NCBI GenBank assembly: GCA_025594325.1
Contig: JANHCV010000005.1
Span: 2,108,001-2,172,000, forward strand
Direction of reading: 5' to 3'
Source: Blastocladiella emersonii ATCC 22665
Taxonomy: Eukaryota > Fungi > Blastocladiomycota
Length of the DNA stretch: 64,000 nt
In this document: positions 35,658 to 50,928 of the stretch, piece after piece
Numbering within the stretch: position 1 is the stretch's first letter
Layout of the letters: every line of letters starts with the position of its first letter
Notes under the pieces: generated by a model
Seen by the model: only the letters and a program-made list of their open reading frames with translations
Database searches by the model: none
What the model was told of the DNA's origin: nothing
Position numbers and translations under genes: made by a program

Positions 35658-38515
35658 ATATGCGCGCAATGAATTGACCGATGATATGGCCGTACCAAAC
35701 CAGCCACGTAGACAATTGTCATGGTAGTCGAACAAAACCATATTCAAATCTTGGACTACCCGCTTGTCCAGCTAGCCAGGGACCCATAAATCACAGTATC
35801 GACCCAACTAAATATTTGACAGCAGAAATATAGTAAACCAACCTCGTACAAAATTGTCATGGTACTCAAACAAAACCATATTCAAAACCTTGACTTCCCG
35901 CATATCCAGCTGGCCAGGGACCCATAAATCACAGTATGGAACCAACAAAGTATCTGACAACAGAAATATGGTAAAACAGCTACGCGGATAATTGTCATGG
36001 TACTCAATCAAAACCATACTCAAACCTTTGCTTTCCTGCATGTCCAGCTGGCCACTGACCCATAAATCACAGTATCGGACCAAGAAAATATCTGACCATG
36101 GAAATATAGTATACCAGCCACCTAGGTAATTGTCATGGCACTCAAACAAAACCATAGTCAAGTCTTTGACTATCCACATGTCCAGCTGATTGAGGACCCA
36201 TGAATCGTAACGTCAAAGCAACAATATATCTCACCATGGAAGTATAGTAAACCAGCCACTCTGGCAATTGTCATGGTACTCAAACAAAACCATACTCAAA
36301 TCTATGACTTCCCACATGTCCAGCAGGTTGGACACCCATAAATCACAGTATCAAACCAACAAAATATCAGACCACAGGAGTATATAAAAGCGACCACGTA
36401 GGTAATTGTCTTGGTACTCAAACAAAACCATATTCAAATCTTTCAATTCCCGCTTGTCCAGCTAGCCAGGGACCCATAAATCACAGGATCACAGCAACAA
36501 AGTATCTGACAACAGAAATATGGTACACCAGCCACGTAGATAATTGTCATGGTACTCAAACAAAACCATACTCAAATCTTCGAGTGCCCCATGTCCAGGT
36601 GGGCAAGGGCCTATAAATCACAGTATTGAACCAAGAAAATACCTGACGATCGGGATGTATCAAACCCGCCACGCTGATACTTGTCGTGGTACTCAAACAT
36701 AACCATACTCAGCCAAATCTTTGAATACCCTCACGTCCAGGTGGGCAAGGAACCAAAGCGCCAGATATTCAAATCTACCGCTTTGTGCACACTCCACTAG
36801 CCAACTCTTCGATCCACTAATTATGGAGCCCGTCGTCAAAGTACACTGTCCAATCAACTAAGTAAACAGCCAACCTGCCAGCCTGCCAGCCTGCCAGCCT
36901 GCCAGCCTGCCAGCCTGCCAGCCTGCCAGCCTGCCAGCCTGCCAACCTGCCAACCTGCCAACCTGCCGCCTTGCCTACCTGCTATCCGAACACCCACACC
37001 GCCTCGCAAGTCATTGGGGGCCCGCGCTCTCTGGTTGCCGTCCCAGCCAACAAAGGAATGAATGATGAGCCCTGGCAGCCTGGCAGCCTGCCACACTGAC
37101 AGCCTGACTGACAGCGCCCACCCAGTAGATATTATCTATCTCGTAGGTAGTCTGGGAGGACTTCGTTAGTCAATACACGACCAGTCTCCTCCTGGCTGCC
37201 GGCTCTGCTGTCCACTCCAAGTCCTGCATGATGATGGGCCAAGGAGGGTTCCGAGCAGCTCCTCTGTCTACCCGCGTGAAACCACTCACCCGCTGACGGA
37301 TGTATACCACGCACCGTGCAGCGCGCACAGCACACAGCGCCCGACGCACCACGCGGTGCGCACACGGCGCAAACGGCCACCCTGGTGTCACACACACTCG
37401 CATGAACGGCAGGCATGCAAGGCGTCCGTCCTCAACTCAACAATGATTTATCATCCAGGCTTACTACTCGCTCCAACGGGTGCGCCTGCCTGCCCTCCCA
37501 GTGCCGTTGATTGATTGATGGGTGCGCCAGCCCCTGTTGCCAGCCACGTGGCAAGCAACACCTCAGCACCTGCGTCGCCCTGGCCACCGTCCGTACCTTG
37601 CAAACAGCGTAGCAGCCGTACTGCTTCACAGGGCTGCAGAGGGCTGGCTGCGGAGGGCTGAGGCGGCAGGGCTCCTCCTGCAGGAAGGAGACAGTGCTGG
37701 GGCCAAGGAGTGCTAGGGACGACAAACTGAATGGTGAATGACCAGACCAACACACCACATGCTCCTGGCAGGAGTGCGTGTGGGCGTGCGGGCCCGTGTC
37801 CGTGCGTGCCTGTGTCTGTGCGTGCCTGGATTAGACCTCCATCACAAGCGCCAAGTGACCAAGTGACCAAGTGACAAAGTGACCAAGGTGACCAAGGTGA
37901 CCAAGGTGACCAAGGTGACCAGGGTGACCAAGGTGACCAAGTGACACACAAGCACCAAGCTAGGGTGGCCGGGCGGCCATGGACCGTACTGCATGGGTAC
38001 CATTACCGTGGACTGGCCGCGGCCATTTATTGCAGCACAGCCCTGCCTGGCTCAGGACGCGGCGGGCGTGGGAGGCGGGCAGGGTAGATAGGTAGCAGCA
38101 GCAGGACCTGGCTAGCTGGCTGTCAAACAACACGAGTGAAGGGGTGCGTGAGGGAGGGTGTGTTGAACGAATGGATGGGTGGATGCAGGCAGACCTTCAT
38201 ACGTGTCGTGCGTGATGAGGATTGGTTGGCCACCATCCACCAACGCCATGGCATGGCTGCGGGTGTCGCTGCGTGCGCCTTGGCGGGTGGTGGTGTTGGT
38301 GGGTGGTGTTGGTGGGTGCTGTGGTGGTAGTGGAGCTAAAGTGGTGTTGTGGGGCTCCTGGGGTCCCCTTCCCTTCCTGTCTGGCCTAGGTGGGTGGGTG
38401 GGCGGACGTAGCGCGCATGCGGGCGGGCAAGGTAGGAACGTTGCTCACGCAATGGATCATGTATTTTATGGAACGTAGTCTGCACAGCAGAGAGGGGGAT
38501 GTCCGGCCCAATCGG

Positions 38516-39800
38516 ACCCTCCACGAATCACACCGCGCCGCCGCCTCTGTTGCCGCCGCGGCCGCCGCTAAACGACCAATCGAATCTTCTACTACACCAC
38601 CAACACCACCACCACCACCCGCTACGCTTTCTCCTGTCCATGGCGAGGACCTCAGCACTCCCGGCTACGCCATGGTCGGCGAGTCCGTTGCTGGCGCGAC
38701 GCGGTCCCTTGCCTCGTTCGGCCGTCGCCTCCTCGCCTCCATCTGGCGCGACCCCGCCGCTCTGTCTCGCCTCGCCGGCTGCGTTGTACGCGCCCGCGAC
38801 GTCGCCTTCGCCTCCCGCTCACTCCAACTCGACCGCGACCTCGCTCGACCCGTCCTCGCGGCCATCACGTCCGTCGCCTCCCGATCCCTCTGGCGCGGCG
38901 CCTGGCTCTCTCACTCCGCTGGCTGCGCCGAGGCCGACCCACTCGATTCTTCTGAAGCTCCGCCGCGCGAGCCGCGTGAGCGGGCCCGCCGCCCATTTGG
39001 CCAGCCCATTGCCACACTCAAGTTCATCAACCGCCACCACTACTGCTCTCGCTGTCTGAGCTCGCTCCATTCCCACGTCCCCAACCCGTCTGGGCGTGAA
39101 GAAGACCCGCCAGTGTGCCCGCCGTCCACCGCGGCCCAAGCGGCTCTTGTTGCAGATCCCTCCGTCCGACTTTGGCTGCTCGGTTCCCCAAGGCACATTC
39201 GGTAATGTGACTAGACCAAGGATCGGCGCAGTCGACGCAAGTCCAGTAGCACCAGGTGTTTGCGCGCGGTACTGACCCATCCACTTTCTCTCGTTCTGAC
39301 GACGATGAAACGCATGATCCGCCACTGAATGGCGCTGACGCACAAAAGAAAACGAAGGAGAAAAACAAAAAGAAAAGAAACGCAAAAAGAAGAATGTCCG
39401 CACAAAAAGATGGAAAAACATCTGACGAACCTCACAGGCCATGCCCAAGACCACAGCACTGCCACTGGTCCATTGGCATGTCCTCGCGCTCTAGTTGGTC
39501 ACGCCAGCTTGTCTCTCTGCTCGGTCTCTCTTTACTGCGTTTCGTTCGCTCTCTTAGCTCGCTGCTCGAGCTCGCTCTCTCTTCGCCTCGTTCGCCCATC
39601 TCTCTCGTACTCCCCTCTCCTCCCACAATTCTTCCCCCTATGCTCCTCGACGTGCACGGTCCGGGCTTGTCGTACTGCGGCTTGCCCACAAAAGGGCTGC
39701 TGCCCGTTGCACAGTGGATATTCTGCTTGCAGTTCACAACCGCTGTTAAGGAATAAATGCATTGGTTCCAAAAAAAAAAAGAAACCCTCCACGAATCACA
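38516..39800 (+). mobile_element. Copy of the retro-insertion (unit 10; A11; ORF stop TGA>TAA at 39204)
   Basis: Same TSDs and junctions as unit 1. Confidence 0.85.
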
Positions 39801-42626
39801 ATATGCGCGCAATGAATTGACCGATGATATGGCCGTACCAAACCAGCCACGTAGACAATTGTCATGGTAGTCGAACAAAACCATATTCAAATCTTGGACT
39901 ACCCGCTTGTCCAGCTAGCCAGGGACCCATAAATCACAGTATCGACCCAACTAAATATTTGACAGCAGAAAAATAGTAAACCAACCTCGTACAAAATTGT
40001 CATGGTACTCAAACAAAACCATATTCAAAACCTTGACTTCCCGCATATCCAGCTGGCCAGGGACCCATAAATCACAGTATGGAACCAACAAAGTATCTGA
40101 CAACAGAAATATGGTAAAACAGCTACGCGGATAATTGTCATGGTACTCAATCAAAACCATACTCAAACCTTTGCTTTCCTGCATGTCCAGCTGGCCACTG
40201 ACCCATAAATCACAGTATCGGACCAAGAAAATATCTGACCATGGAAATATAGTATACCAGCCACCTAGGTAATTGTCATGGCACTCAAACAAAACCATAG
40301 TCAAGTCTTTGACTATCCACATGTCCAGCTGATTGAGGACCCATGAATCGTAACGTCAAAGCAACAATATATCTCACCATGGAAGTATAGTAAACCAGCC
40401 ACTCTGGCAATTGTCATGGTACTCAAACAAAACCATACTCAAATCTATGACTTCCCACATGTCCAGCAGGTTGGACACCCATAAATCACAGTATCAAACC
40501 AACAAAATATCAGACCACAGGAGTATATAAAACCGACCACGTAGGTAATTGTCTTGGTACTCAAACAAAACCATATTCAAATCTTTCAATTCCCGCTTGT
40601 CCAGCTAGCCAGGGACCCATAAATCACAGGATCACAGCAACAAAGTATCTGACAACAGAAATATGGTACACCAGCCACGTAGATAATTGTCATGGTACTC
40701 AAACAAAACCATACTCAAATCTTCGAGTGCCCCATGTCCAGGTGGGCAAGGGCCTATAAATCACAGTATTGAACCAAGAAAATACCTGACGATCGGGATG
40801 TATCAAACCCGCCACGCTGATACTTGTCGTGGTACTCAAACATAACCATACTCAGCCAAATCTTTGAATACCCTCACGTCCAGGTGGGCAAGGAACCAAA
40901 GCGCCAGATATTCAAATCTACCGCTTTGTGCACACTCCACTAGCCAACTCTTCGATCCACTAATTATGGAGCCCGTCGTCAAAGTACACTGTCCAATCAA
41001 CTAAGTAAACAGCCAACCTGCCAGCCTGCCAGCCTGCCAGCCTGCCAGCCTGCCAACCTGCCAACCTGCCAACCTGCCGCCTTGCCTACCTGCTATCCGA
41101 ACACCCACACCGCCTCGCAAGTCATTGGGGGCCCGCGCTCTCTGGTTGCCGTCCCAGCCAACAAAGGAATGAATGATGAGCCCTGGCAGCCTGGCAGCCT
41201 GCCACACTGACAGCCTGACTGACAGCGCCCACCCAGTAGATATTATCTATCTCGTAGGTAGTCTGGGAGGACTTCGTTAGTCAATACACGACCAGTCTCC
41301 TCCTGGCTGCCGGCTCTGCTGTCCACTCCAAGTCCTGCATGATGATGGGCCAAGGAGGGTTCCGAGCAGCTCCTCTGTCTACCCGCGTGAAACCACTCAC
41401 CCGCTGACGGATGTATACCACGCACCGTGCAGCGCGCACAGCACACAGCGCCCGACGCACCACGCGGTGCGCACACGGCGCAAACGGCCACCCTGGTGTC
41501 ACACACACTCGCATGAACGGCAGGCATGCAAGGCGTCCGTCCTCAACTCAACAATGATTTATCATCCAGGCTTACTACTCGCTCCAACGGGTGCGCCTGC
41601 CTGCCCTCCCAGTGCCGTTGATTGATTGATGGGTGCGCCAGCCCCTGTTGCCAGCCACGTGGCAAGCAACACCTCAGCACCTGCGTCGCCCTGGCCACCG
41701 TCCGTACCTTGCAAACAGCGTAGCAGCCGTACTGCTTCACAGGGCTGCAGAGGGCTGGCTGCGGAGGGCTGAGGCGGCAGGGCTCCTCCTGCAGGAAGGA
41801 GACAGTGCTGGGGCCAAGGAGTGCTAGGGACGACAAACTGAATGGTGAATGACCAGACCAACACACCACATGCTCCTGGCAGGAGTGCGTGTGGGCGTGC
41901 GGGCCCGTGTCCGTGCGTGCCTGTGTCTGTGCGTGCCTGGATTAGACCTCCATCACAAGCGCCAAGTGACCAAGTGACCAAGTGACAAAGTGACCAAGGT
42001 GACCAAGGTGACCAAGGTGACCAAGGTGACCAGGGTGACCAAGGTGACCAAGTGACACACAAGCACCAAGCTAGGGTGGCCGGGCGGCCATGGACCGTAC
42101 TGCATGGGTACCATTACCGTGGACTGGCCGCGGCCATTTATTGCAGCACAGCCCTGCCTGGCTCAGGACGCGGCGGGCGTGGGAGGCGGGCAGGGTAGAT
42201 AGGTAGCAGCAGCAGGACCTGGCTAGCTGGCTGTCAAACAACACGAGTGAAGGGGTGCGTGAGGGAGGGTGTGTTGAACGAATGGATGGGTGGATGCAGG
42301 CAGACCTTCATACGTGTCGTGCGTGATGAGGATTGGTTGGCCACCATCCACCAACGCCATGGCATGGCTGCGGGTGTCGCTGCGTGCGCCTTGGCGGGTG
42401 GTGGTGTTGGTGGGTGGTGTTGGTGGGTGCTGTGGTGGTAGTGGAGCTAAAGTGGTGTTGTGGGGCTCCTGGGGTCCCCTTCCCTTCCTGTCTGGCCTAG
42501 GTGGGTGGGTGGGCGGACGTAGCGCGCATGCGGGCGGGCAAGGTAGGAACGTTGCTCACGCAATGGATCATGTATTTTATGGAACGTAGTCTGCACAGCA
42601 GAGAGGGGGATGTCCGGCCCAATCGG

Positions 42627-43911
42627 ACCCTCCACGAATCACACCGCGCCGCCGCCTCTGTTGCCGCCGCGGCCGCCGCTAAACGACCAATCGAATCTTC
42701 TACTACACCACCAACACCACCACCACCACCCGCTACGCTTTCTCCTGTCCATGGCGAGGACCTCAGCACTCCCGGCTACGCCATGGTCGGCGAGTCCGTT
42801 GCTGGCGCGACGCGGTCCCTTGCCTCGTTCGGCCGTCGCCTCCTCGCCTCCATCTGGCGCGACCCCGCCGCTCTGTCTCGCCTCGCCGGCTGCGTTGTAC
42901 GCGCCCGCGACGTCGCCTTCGCCTCCCGCTCACTCCAACTCGACCGCGACCTCGCTCGACCCGTCCTCGCGGCCATCACGTCCGTCGCCTCCCGATCCCT
43001 CTGGCGCGGCGCCTGGCTCTCTCACTCCGCTGGCTGCGCCGAGGCCGACCCACTCGATTCTTCTGAAGCTCCGCCGCGCGAGCCGCGTGAGCGGGCCCGC
43101 CGCCCATTTGGCCAGCCCATTGCCACACTCAAGTTCATCAACCGCCACCACTACTGCTCTCGCTGTCTGAGCTCGCTCCATTCCCACGTCCCCAACCCGT
43201 CTGGGCGTGAAGAAGACCCGCCAGTGTGCCCGCCGTCCACCGCGGCCCAAGCGGCTCTTGTTGCAGATCCCTCCGTCCGACTTTGGCTGCTCGGTTCCGC
43301 AAGGCACATTCGGTGATGTGACTAGACCAAGGATCGGCGCAGTCGACGCAAGTCCAGTAGCACCAGGTGTTTGCGCGCGGTACTGACCCATCCACTTTCT
43401 CTCGTTCTGACGACGATGAAACGCATGATCCGCCACTGAATGGCGCTGACGCACAAAAGAAAACGAAGGAGAAAAACAAAAAGAAAAGAAACGCAAAAAG
43501 AAGAATGTCCGCACAAAAAGATGGAAAAACATCTGACGAACCTCACAGGCCATGCCCAAGACCACAGCACTGCCACTGGTCCATTGGCATGTCCTCGCGC
43601 TCTAGTTGGTCACGCCAGCTTGTCTCTCTGCTCGGTCTCTCTTTACTGCGTTTCGTTCGCTCTCTTAGCTCGCTGCTCGAGCTCGCTCTCTCTTCGCCTC
43701 GTTCGCCCATCTCTCTCGTACTCCCCTCTCCTCCCACAATTCTTCCCCCTATGCTCCTCGACGTGCACGGTCCGGGCTTGTCGTACTGCGGCTTGCCCAC
43801 AAAAGGGCTGCTGGCCGTTGCACAGTGGATATTCTGCTTGCAGTTCACAACCGCTGTTAAGGAATAAATGCATTGGTTCCAAAAAAAAAAAGAAACCCTC
43901 CACGAATCACA
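42627..43911 (+). mobile_element. Copy of the retro-insertion (unit 11; A11; SNPs at 43299 and 43814)
   Basis: Same TSDs and junctions as unit 1. Confidence 0.85.
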
Positions 43912-46777
43912 ATATGCGCGCAATGAATTGACCGATGATATGGCCGTACCAAACCAGCCACGTAGACAATTGTCATGGTAGTCGAACAAAACCATATTCA
44001 AATCTTGGACTACCCGCTTGTCCAGCTAGCCAGGGACCCATAAATCACAGTATCGACCCAACTAAATATTTGACAGCAGAAATATAGTAAACCAACCTCG
44101 TACAAAATTGTCATGGTACTCAAACAAAACCATATTCAAAACCTTGACTTCCCGCATATCCAGCTGGCCAGGGACCCATAAATCACAGTATGGAACCAAC
44201 AAAGTATCTGACAACAGAAATATGGTAAAACAGCTACGCGGATAATTGTCATGGTACTCAATCAAAACCATACTCAAACCTTTGCTTTCCTGCATGTCCA
44301 GCTGGCCACTGACCCATAAATCACAGTATCGGACCAAGAAAATATCTGACCATGGAAATATAGTATACCAGCCACCTAGGTAATTGTCATGGCACTCAAA
44401 CAAAACCATAGTCAAGTCTTTGACTATCCACATGTCCAGCTGATTGAGGACCCATGAATCGTAACGTCAAAGCAACAATATATCTCACCATGGAAGTATA
44501 GTAAACCAGCCACTCTGGCAATTGTCATGGTACTCAAACAAAACCATACTCAAATCTATGACTTCCCACATGTCCAGCAGGTTGGACACCCATAAATCAC
44601 AGTATCAAACCAACAAAATATCAGACCACAGGAGTATATAAAACCGACCACGTAGGTAATTGTCTTGGTACTCAAACAAAACCATATTCAAATCTTTCAA
44701 TTCCCGCTTGTCCAGCTAGCCAGGGACCCATAAATCACAGGATCACAGCAACAAAGTATCTGACAACAGAAATATGGTACACCAGCCACGTAGATAATTG
44801 TCATGGTACTCAAACAAAACCATACTCAAATCTTCGAGTGCCCCATGTCCAGGTGGGCAAGGGCCTATAAATCACAGTATTGAACCAAGAAAATACCTGA
44901 CGATCGGGATGTATCAAACCCGCCACGCTGATACTTGTCGTGGTACTCAAACATAACCATACTCAGCCAAATCTTTGAATACCCTCACGTCCAGGTGGGC
45001 AAGGAACCAAAGCGCCAGATATTCAAATCTACCGCTTTGTGCACACTCCACTAGCCAACTCTTCGATCCACTAATTATGGAGCCCGTCGTCAAAGTACAC
45101 TGTCCAATCAACTAAGTAAACAGCCAACCTGCCAGCCTGCCAGCCTGCCAGCCTGCCAGCCTGCCAGCCTGCCAGCCTGCCAGCCTGCCAGCCTGCCAGC
45201 CTGCCAACCTGCCAACCTGCCAACCTGCCGCCTTGCCTACCTGCTATCCGAACACCCACACCGCCTCGCAAGTCATTGGGGGCCCGCGCTCTCTGGTTGC
45301 CGTCCCAGCCAACAAAGGAATGAATGATGAGCCCTGGCAGCCTGGCAGCCTGCCACACTGACAGCCTGACTGACAGCGCCCACCCAGTAGATATTATCTA
45401 TCTCGTAGGTAGTCTGGGAGGACTTCGTTAGTCAATACACGACCAGTCTCCTCCTGGCTGCCGGCTCTGCTGTCCACTCCAAGTCCTGCATGATGATGGG
45501 CCAAGGAGGGTTCCGAGCAGCTCCTCTGTCTACCCGCGTGAAACCACTCACCCGCTGACGGATGTATACCACGCACCGTGCAGCGCGCACAGCACACAGC
45601 GCCCGACGCACCACGCGGTGCGCACACGGCGCAAACGGCCACCCTGGTGTCACACACACTCGCATGAACGGCAGGCATGCAAGGCGTCCGTCCTCAACTC
45701 AACAATGATTTATCATCCAGGCTTACTACTCGCTCCAACGGGTGCGCCTGCCTGCCCTCCCAGTGCCGTTGATTGATTGATGGGTGCGCCAGCCCCTGTT
45801 GCCAGCCACGTGGCAAGCAACACCTCAGCACCTGCGTCGCCCTGGCCACCGTCCGTACCTTGCAAACAGCGTAGCAGCCGTACTGCTTCACAGGGCTGCA
45901 GAGGGCTGGCTGCGGAGGGCTGAGGCGGCAGGGCTCCTCCTGCAGGAAGGAGACAGTGCTGGGGCCAAGGAGTGCTAGGGACGACAAACTGAATGGTGAA
46001 TGACCAGACCAACACACCACATGCTCCTGGCAGGAGTGCGTGTGGGCGTGCGGGCCCGTGTCCGTGCGTGCCTGTGTCTGTGCGTGCCTGGATTAGACCT
46101 CCATCACAAGCGCCAAGTGACCAAGTGACCAAGTGACAAAGTGACCAAGGTGACCAAGGTGACCAAGGTGACCAAGGTGACCAGGGTGACCAAGGTGACC
46201 AAGTGACACACAAGCACCAAGCTAGGGTGGCCGGGCGGCCATGGACCGTACTGCATGGGTACCATTACCGTGGACTGGCCGCGGCCATTTATTGCAGCAC
46301 AGCCCTGCCTGGCTCAGGACGCGGCGGGCGTGGGAGGCGGGCAGGGTAGATAGGTAGCAGCAGCAGGACCTGGCTAGCTGGCTGTCAAACAACACGAGTG
46401 AAGGGGTGCGTGAGGGAGGGTGTGTTGAACGAATGGATGGGTGGATGCAGGCAGACCTTCATACGTGTCGTGCGTGATGAGGATTGGTTGGCCACCATCC
46501 ACCAACGCCATGGCATGGCTGCGGGTGTCGCTGCGTGCGCCTTGGCGGGTGGTGGTGTTGGTGGGTGGTGTTGGTGGGTGCTGTGGTGGTAGTGGAGCTA
46601 AAGTGGTGTTGTGGGGCTCCTGGGGTCCCCTTCCCTTCCTGTCTGGCCTAGGTGGGTGGGTGGGCGGACGTAGCGCGCATGCGGGCGGGCAAGGTAGGAA
46701 CGTTGCTCACGCAATGGATCATGTATTTTATGGAACGTAGTCTGCACAGCAGAGAGGGGGATGTCCGGCCCAATCGG

Positions 46778-48062
46778 ACCCTCCACGAATCACACCGCGC
46801 CGCCGCCTCTGTTGCCGCCGCGGCCGCCGCTAAACGACCAATCGAATCTTCTACTACACCACCAACACCACCACCACCACCCGCTACGCTTTCTCCTGTC
46901 CATGGCGAGGACCTCAGCACTCCCGGCTACGCCATGGTCGGCGAGTCCGTTGCTGGCGCGACGCGGTCCCTTGCCTCGTTCGGCCGTCGCCTCCTCGCCT
47001 CCATCTGGCGCGACCCCGCCGCTCTGTCTCGCCTCGCCGGCTGCGTTGTACGCGCCCGCGACGTCGCCTTCGCCTCCCGCTCACTCCAACTCGACCGCGA
47101 CCTCGCTCGACCCGTCCTCGCGGCCATCACGTCCGTCGCCTCCCGATCCCTCTGGCGCGGCGCCTGGCTCTCTCACTCCGCTGGCTGCGCCGAGGCCGAC
47201 CCACTCGATTCTTCTGAAGCTCCGCCGCGCGAGCCGCGTGAGCGGGCCCGCCGCCCATTTGGCCAGCCCATTGCCACACTCAAGTTCATCAACCGCCACC
47301 ACTACTGCTCTCGCTGTCTGAGCTCGCTCCATTCCCACGTCCCCAACCCGTCTGGGCGTGAAGAAGACCCGCCAGTGTGCCCGCCGTCCACCGCGGCCCA
47401 AGCGGCTCTTGTTGCAGATCCCTCCGTCCGACTTTGGCTGCTCGGTTCCCCAAGGCACATTCGGTGATGTGACTAGACCAAGGATCGGCGCAGTCGACGC
47501 AAGTCCAGTAGCACCAGGTGTTTGCGCGCGGTACTGACCCATCCACTTTCTCTCGTTCTGACGACGATGAAACGCATGATCCGCCACTGAATGGCGCTGA
47601 CGCACAAAAGAAAACGAAGGAGAAAAACAAAAAGAAAAGAAACGCAAAAAGAAGAATGTCCGCACAAAAAGATGGAAAAACATCTGACGAACCTCACAGG
47701 CCATGCCCAAGACCACAGCACTGCCACTGGTCCATTGGCATGTCCTCGCGCTCTAGTTGGTCACGCCAGCTTGTCTCTCTGCTCGGTCTCTCTTTACTGC
47801 GTTTCGTTCGCTCTCTTAGCTCGCTGCTCGAGCTCGCTCTCTCTTCGCCTCGTTCGCCCATCTCTCTCGTACTCCCCTCTCCTCCCACAATTCTTCCCCC
47901 TATGCTCCTCGACGTGCACGGTCCGGGCTTGTCGTACTGCGGCTTGCCCACAAAAGGGCTGCTGCCCGTTGCACAGTGGATATTCTGCTTGCAGTTCACA
48001 ACCGCTGTTAAGGAATAAATGCATTGGTTCCAAAAAAAAAAAGAAACCCTCCACGAATCACA
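46778..48062 (+). mobile_element. Copy of the retro-insertion (unit 12; A11)
   Basis: Same TSDs and junctions as unit 1. Confidence 0.85.
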
Positions 48063-50928
48063 ATATGCGCGCAATGAATTGACCGATGATATGGCCGTAC
48101 CAAACCAGCCACGTAGACAATTGTCATGGTAGTCGAACAAAACCATATTCAAATCTTGGACTACCCGCTTGTCCAGCTAGCCAGGGACCCATAAATCACA
48201 GTATCGACCCAACTAAATATTTGACAGCAGAAATATAGTAAACCAACCTCGTACAAAATTGTCATGGTACTCAAACAAAACCATATTCAAAACCTTGACT
48301 TCCCGCATATCCAGCTGGCCAGGGACCCATAAATCACAGTATGGAACCAACAAAGTATCTGACAACAGAAATATGGTAAAACAGCTACGCGGATAATTGT
48401 CATGGTACTCAATCAAAACCATACTCAAACCTTTGCTTTCCTGCATGTCCAGCTGGCCACTGACCCATAAATCACAGTATCGGACCAAGAAAATATCTGA
48501 CCATGGAAATATAGTATACCAGCCACCTAGGTAATTGTCATGGCACTCAAACAAAACCATAGTCAAGTCTTTGACTATCCACATGTCCAGCTGATTGAGG
48601 ACCCATGAATCGTAACGTCAAAGCAACAATATATCTCACCATGGAAGTATAGTAAACCAGCCACTCTGGCAATTGTCATGGTACTCAAACAAAACCATAC
48701 TCAAATCTATGACTTCCCACATGTCCAGCAGGTTGGACACCCATAAATCACAGTATCAAACCAACAAAATATCAGACCACAGGAGTATATAAAAGCGACC
48801 ACGTAGGTAATTGTCTTGGTACTCAAACAAAACCATATTCAAATCTTTCAATTCCCGCTTGTCCAGCTAGCCAGGGACCCATAAATCACAGGATCACAGC
48901 AACAAAGTATCTGACAACAGAAATATGGTACACCAGCCACGTAGATAATTGTCATGGTACTCAAACAAAACCATACTCAAATCTTCGAGTGCCCCATGTC
49001 CAGGTGGGCAAGGGCCTATAAATCACAGTATTGAACCAAGAAAATACCTGACGATCGGGATGTATCAAACCCGCCACGCTGATACTTGTCGTGGTACTCA
49101 AACATAACCATACTCAGCCAAATCTTTGAATACCCTCACGTCCAGGTGGGCAAGGAACCAAAGCGCCAGATATTCAAATCTACCGCTTTGTGCACACTCC
49201 ACTAGCCAACTCTTCGATCCACTAATTATGGAGCCCGTCGTCAAAGTACACTGTCCAATCAACTAAGTAAACAGCCAACCTGCCAGCCTGCCAGCCTGCC
49301 AGCCTGCCAGCCTGCCAGCCTGCCAGCCTGCCAGCCTGCCAGCCTGCCAGCCTGCCAACCTGCCAACCTGCCAACCTGCCGCCTTGCCTACCTGCTATCC
49401 GAACACCCACACCGCCTCGCAAGTCATTGGGGGCCCGCGCTCTCTGGTTGCCGTCCCAGCCAACAAAGGAATGAATGATGAGCCCTGGCAGCCTGGCAGC
49501 CTGCCACACTGACAGCCTGACTGACAGCGCCCACCCAGTAGATATTATCTATCTCGTAGGTAGTCTGGGAGGACTTCGTTAGTCAATACACGACCAGTCT
49601 CCTCCTGGCTGCCGGCTCTGCTGTCCACTCCAAGTCCTGCATGATGATGGGCCAAGGAGGGTTCCGAGCAGCTCCTCTGTCTACCCGCGTGAAACCACTC
49701 ACCCGCTGACGGATGTATACCACGCACCGTGCAGCGCGCACAGCACACAGCGCCCGACGCACCACGCGGTGCGCACACGGCGCAAACGGCCACCCTGGTG
49801 TCACACACACTCGCATGAACGGCAGGCATGCAAGGCGTCCGTCCTCAACTCAACAATGATTTATCATCCAGGCTTACTACTCGCTCCAACGGGTGCGCCT
49901 GCCTGCCCTCCCAGTGCCGTTGATTGATTGATGGGTGCGCCAGCCCCTGTTGCCAGCCACGTGGCAAGCAACACCTCAGCACCTGCGTCGCCCTGGCCAC
50001 CGTCCGTACCTTGCAAACAGCGTAGCAGCCGTACTGCTTCACAGGGCTGCAGAGGGCTGGCTGCGGAGGGCTGAGGCGGCAGGGCTCCTCCTGCAGGAAG
50101 GAGACAGTGCTGGGGCCAAGGAGTGCTAGGGACGACAAACTGAATGGTGAATGACCAGACCAACACACCACATGCTCCTGGCAGGAGTGCGTGTGGGCGT
50201 GCGGGCCCGTGTCCGTGCGTGCCTGTGTCTGTGCGTGCCTGGATTAGACCTCCATCACAAGCGCCAAGTGACCAAGTGACCAAGTGACAAAGTGACCAAG
50301 GTGACCAAGGTGACCAAGGTGACCAAGGTGACCAGGGTGACCAAGGTGACCAAGTGACACACAAGCACCAAGCTAGGGTGGCCGGGCGGCCATGGACCGT
50401 ACTGCATGGGTACCATTACCGTGGACTGGCCGCGGCCATTTATTGCAGCACAGCCCTGCCTGGCTCAGGACGCGGCGGGCGTGGGAGGCGGGCAGGGTAG
50501 ATAGGTAGCAGCAGCAGGACCTGGCTAGCTGGCTGTCAAACAACACGAGTGAAGGGGTGCGTGAGGGAGGGTGTGTTGAACGAATGGATGGGTGGATGCA
50601 GGCAGACCTTCATACGTGTCGTGCGTGATGAGGATTGGTTGGCCACCATCCACCAACGCCATGGCATGGCTGCGGGTGTCGCTGCGTGCGCCTTGGCGGG
50701 TGGTGGTGTTGGTGGGTGGTGTTGGTGGGTGCTGTGGTGGTAGTGGAGCTAAAGTGGTGTTGTGGGGCTCCTGGGGTCCCCTTCCCTTCCTGTCTGGCCT
50801 AGGTGGGTGGGTGGGCGGACGTAGCGCGCATGCGGGCGGGCAAGGTAGGAACGTTGCTCACGCAATGGATCATGTATTTTATGGAACGTAGTCTGCACAG
50901 CAGAGAGGGGGATGTCCGGCCCAATCGG

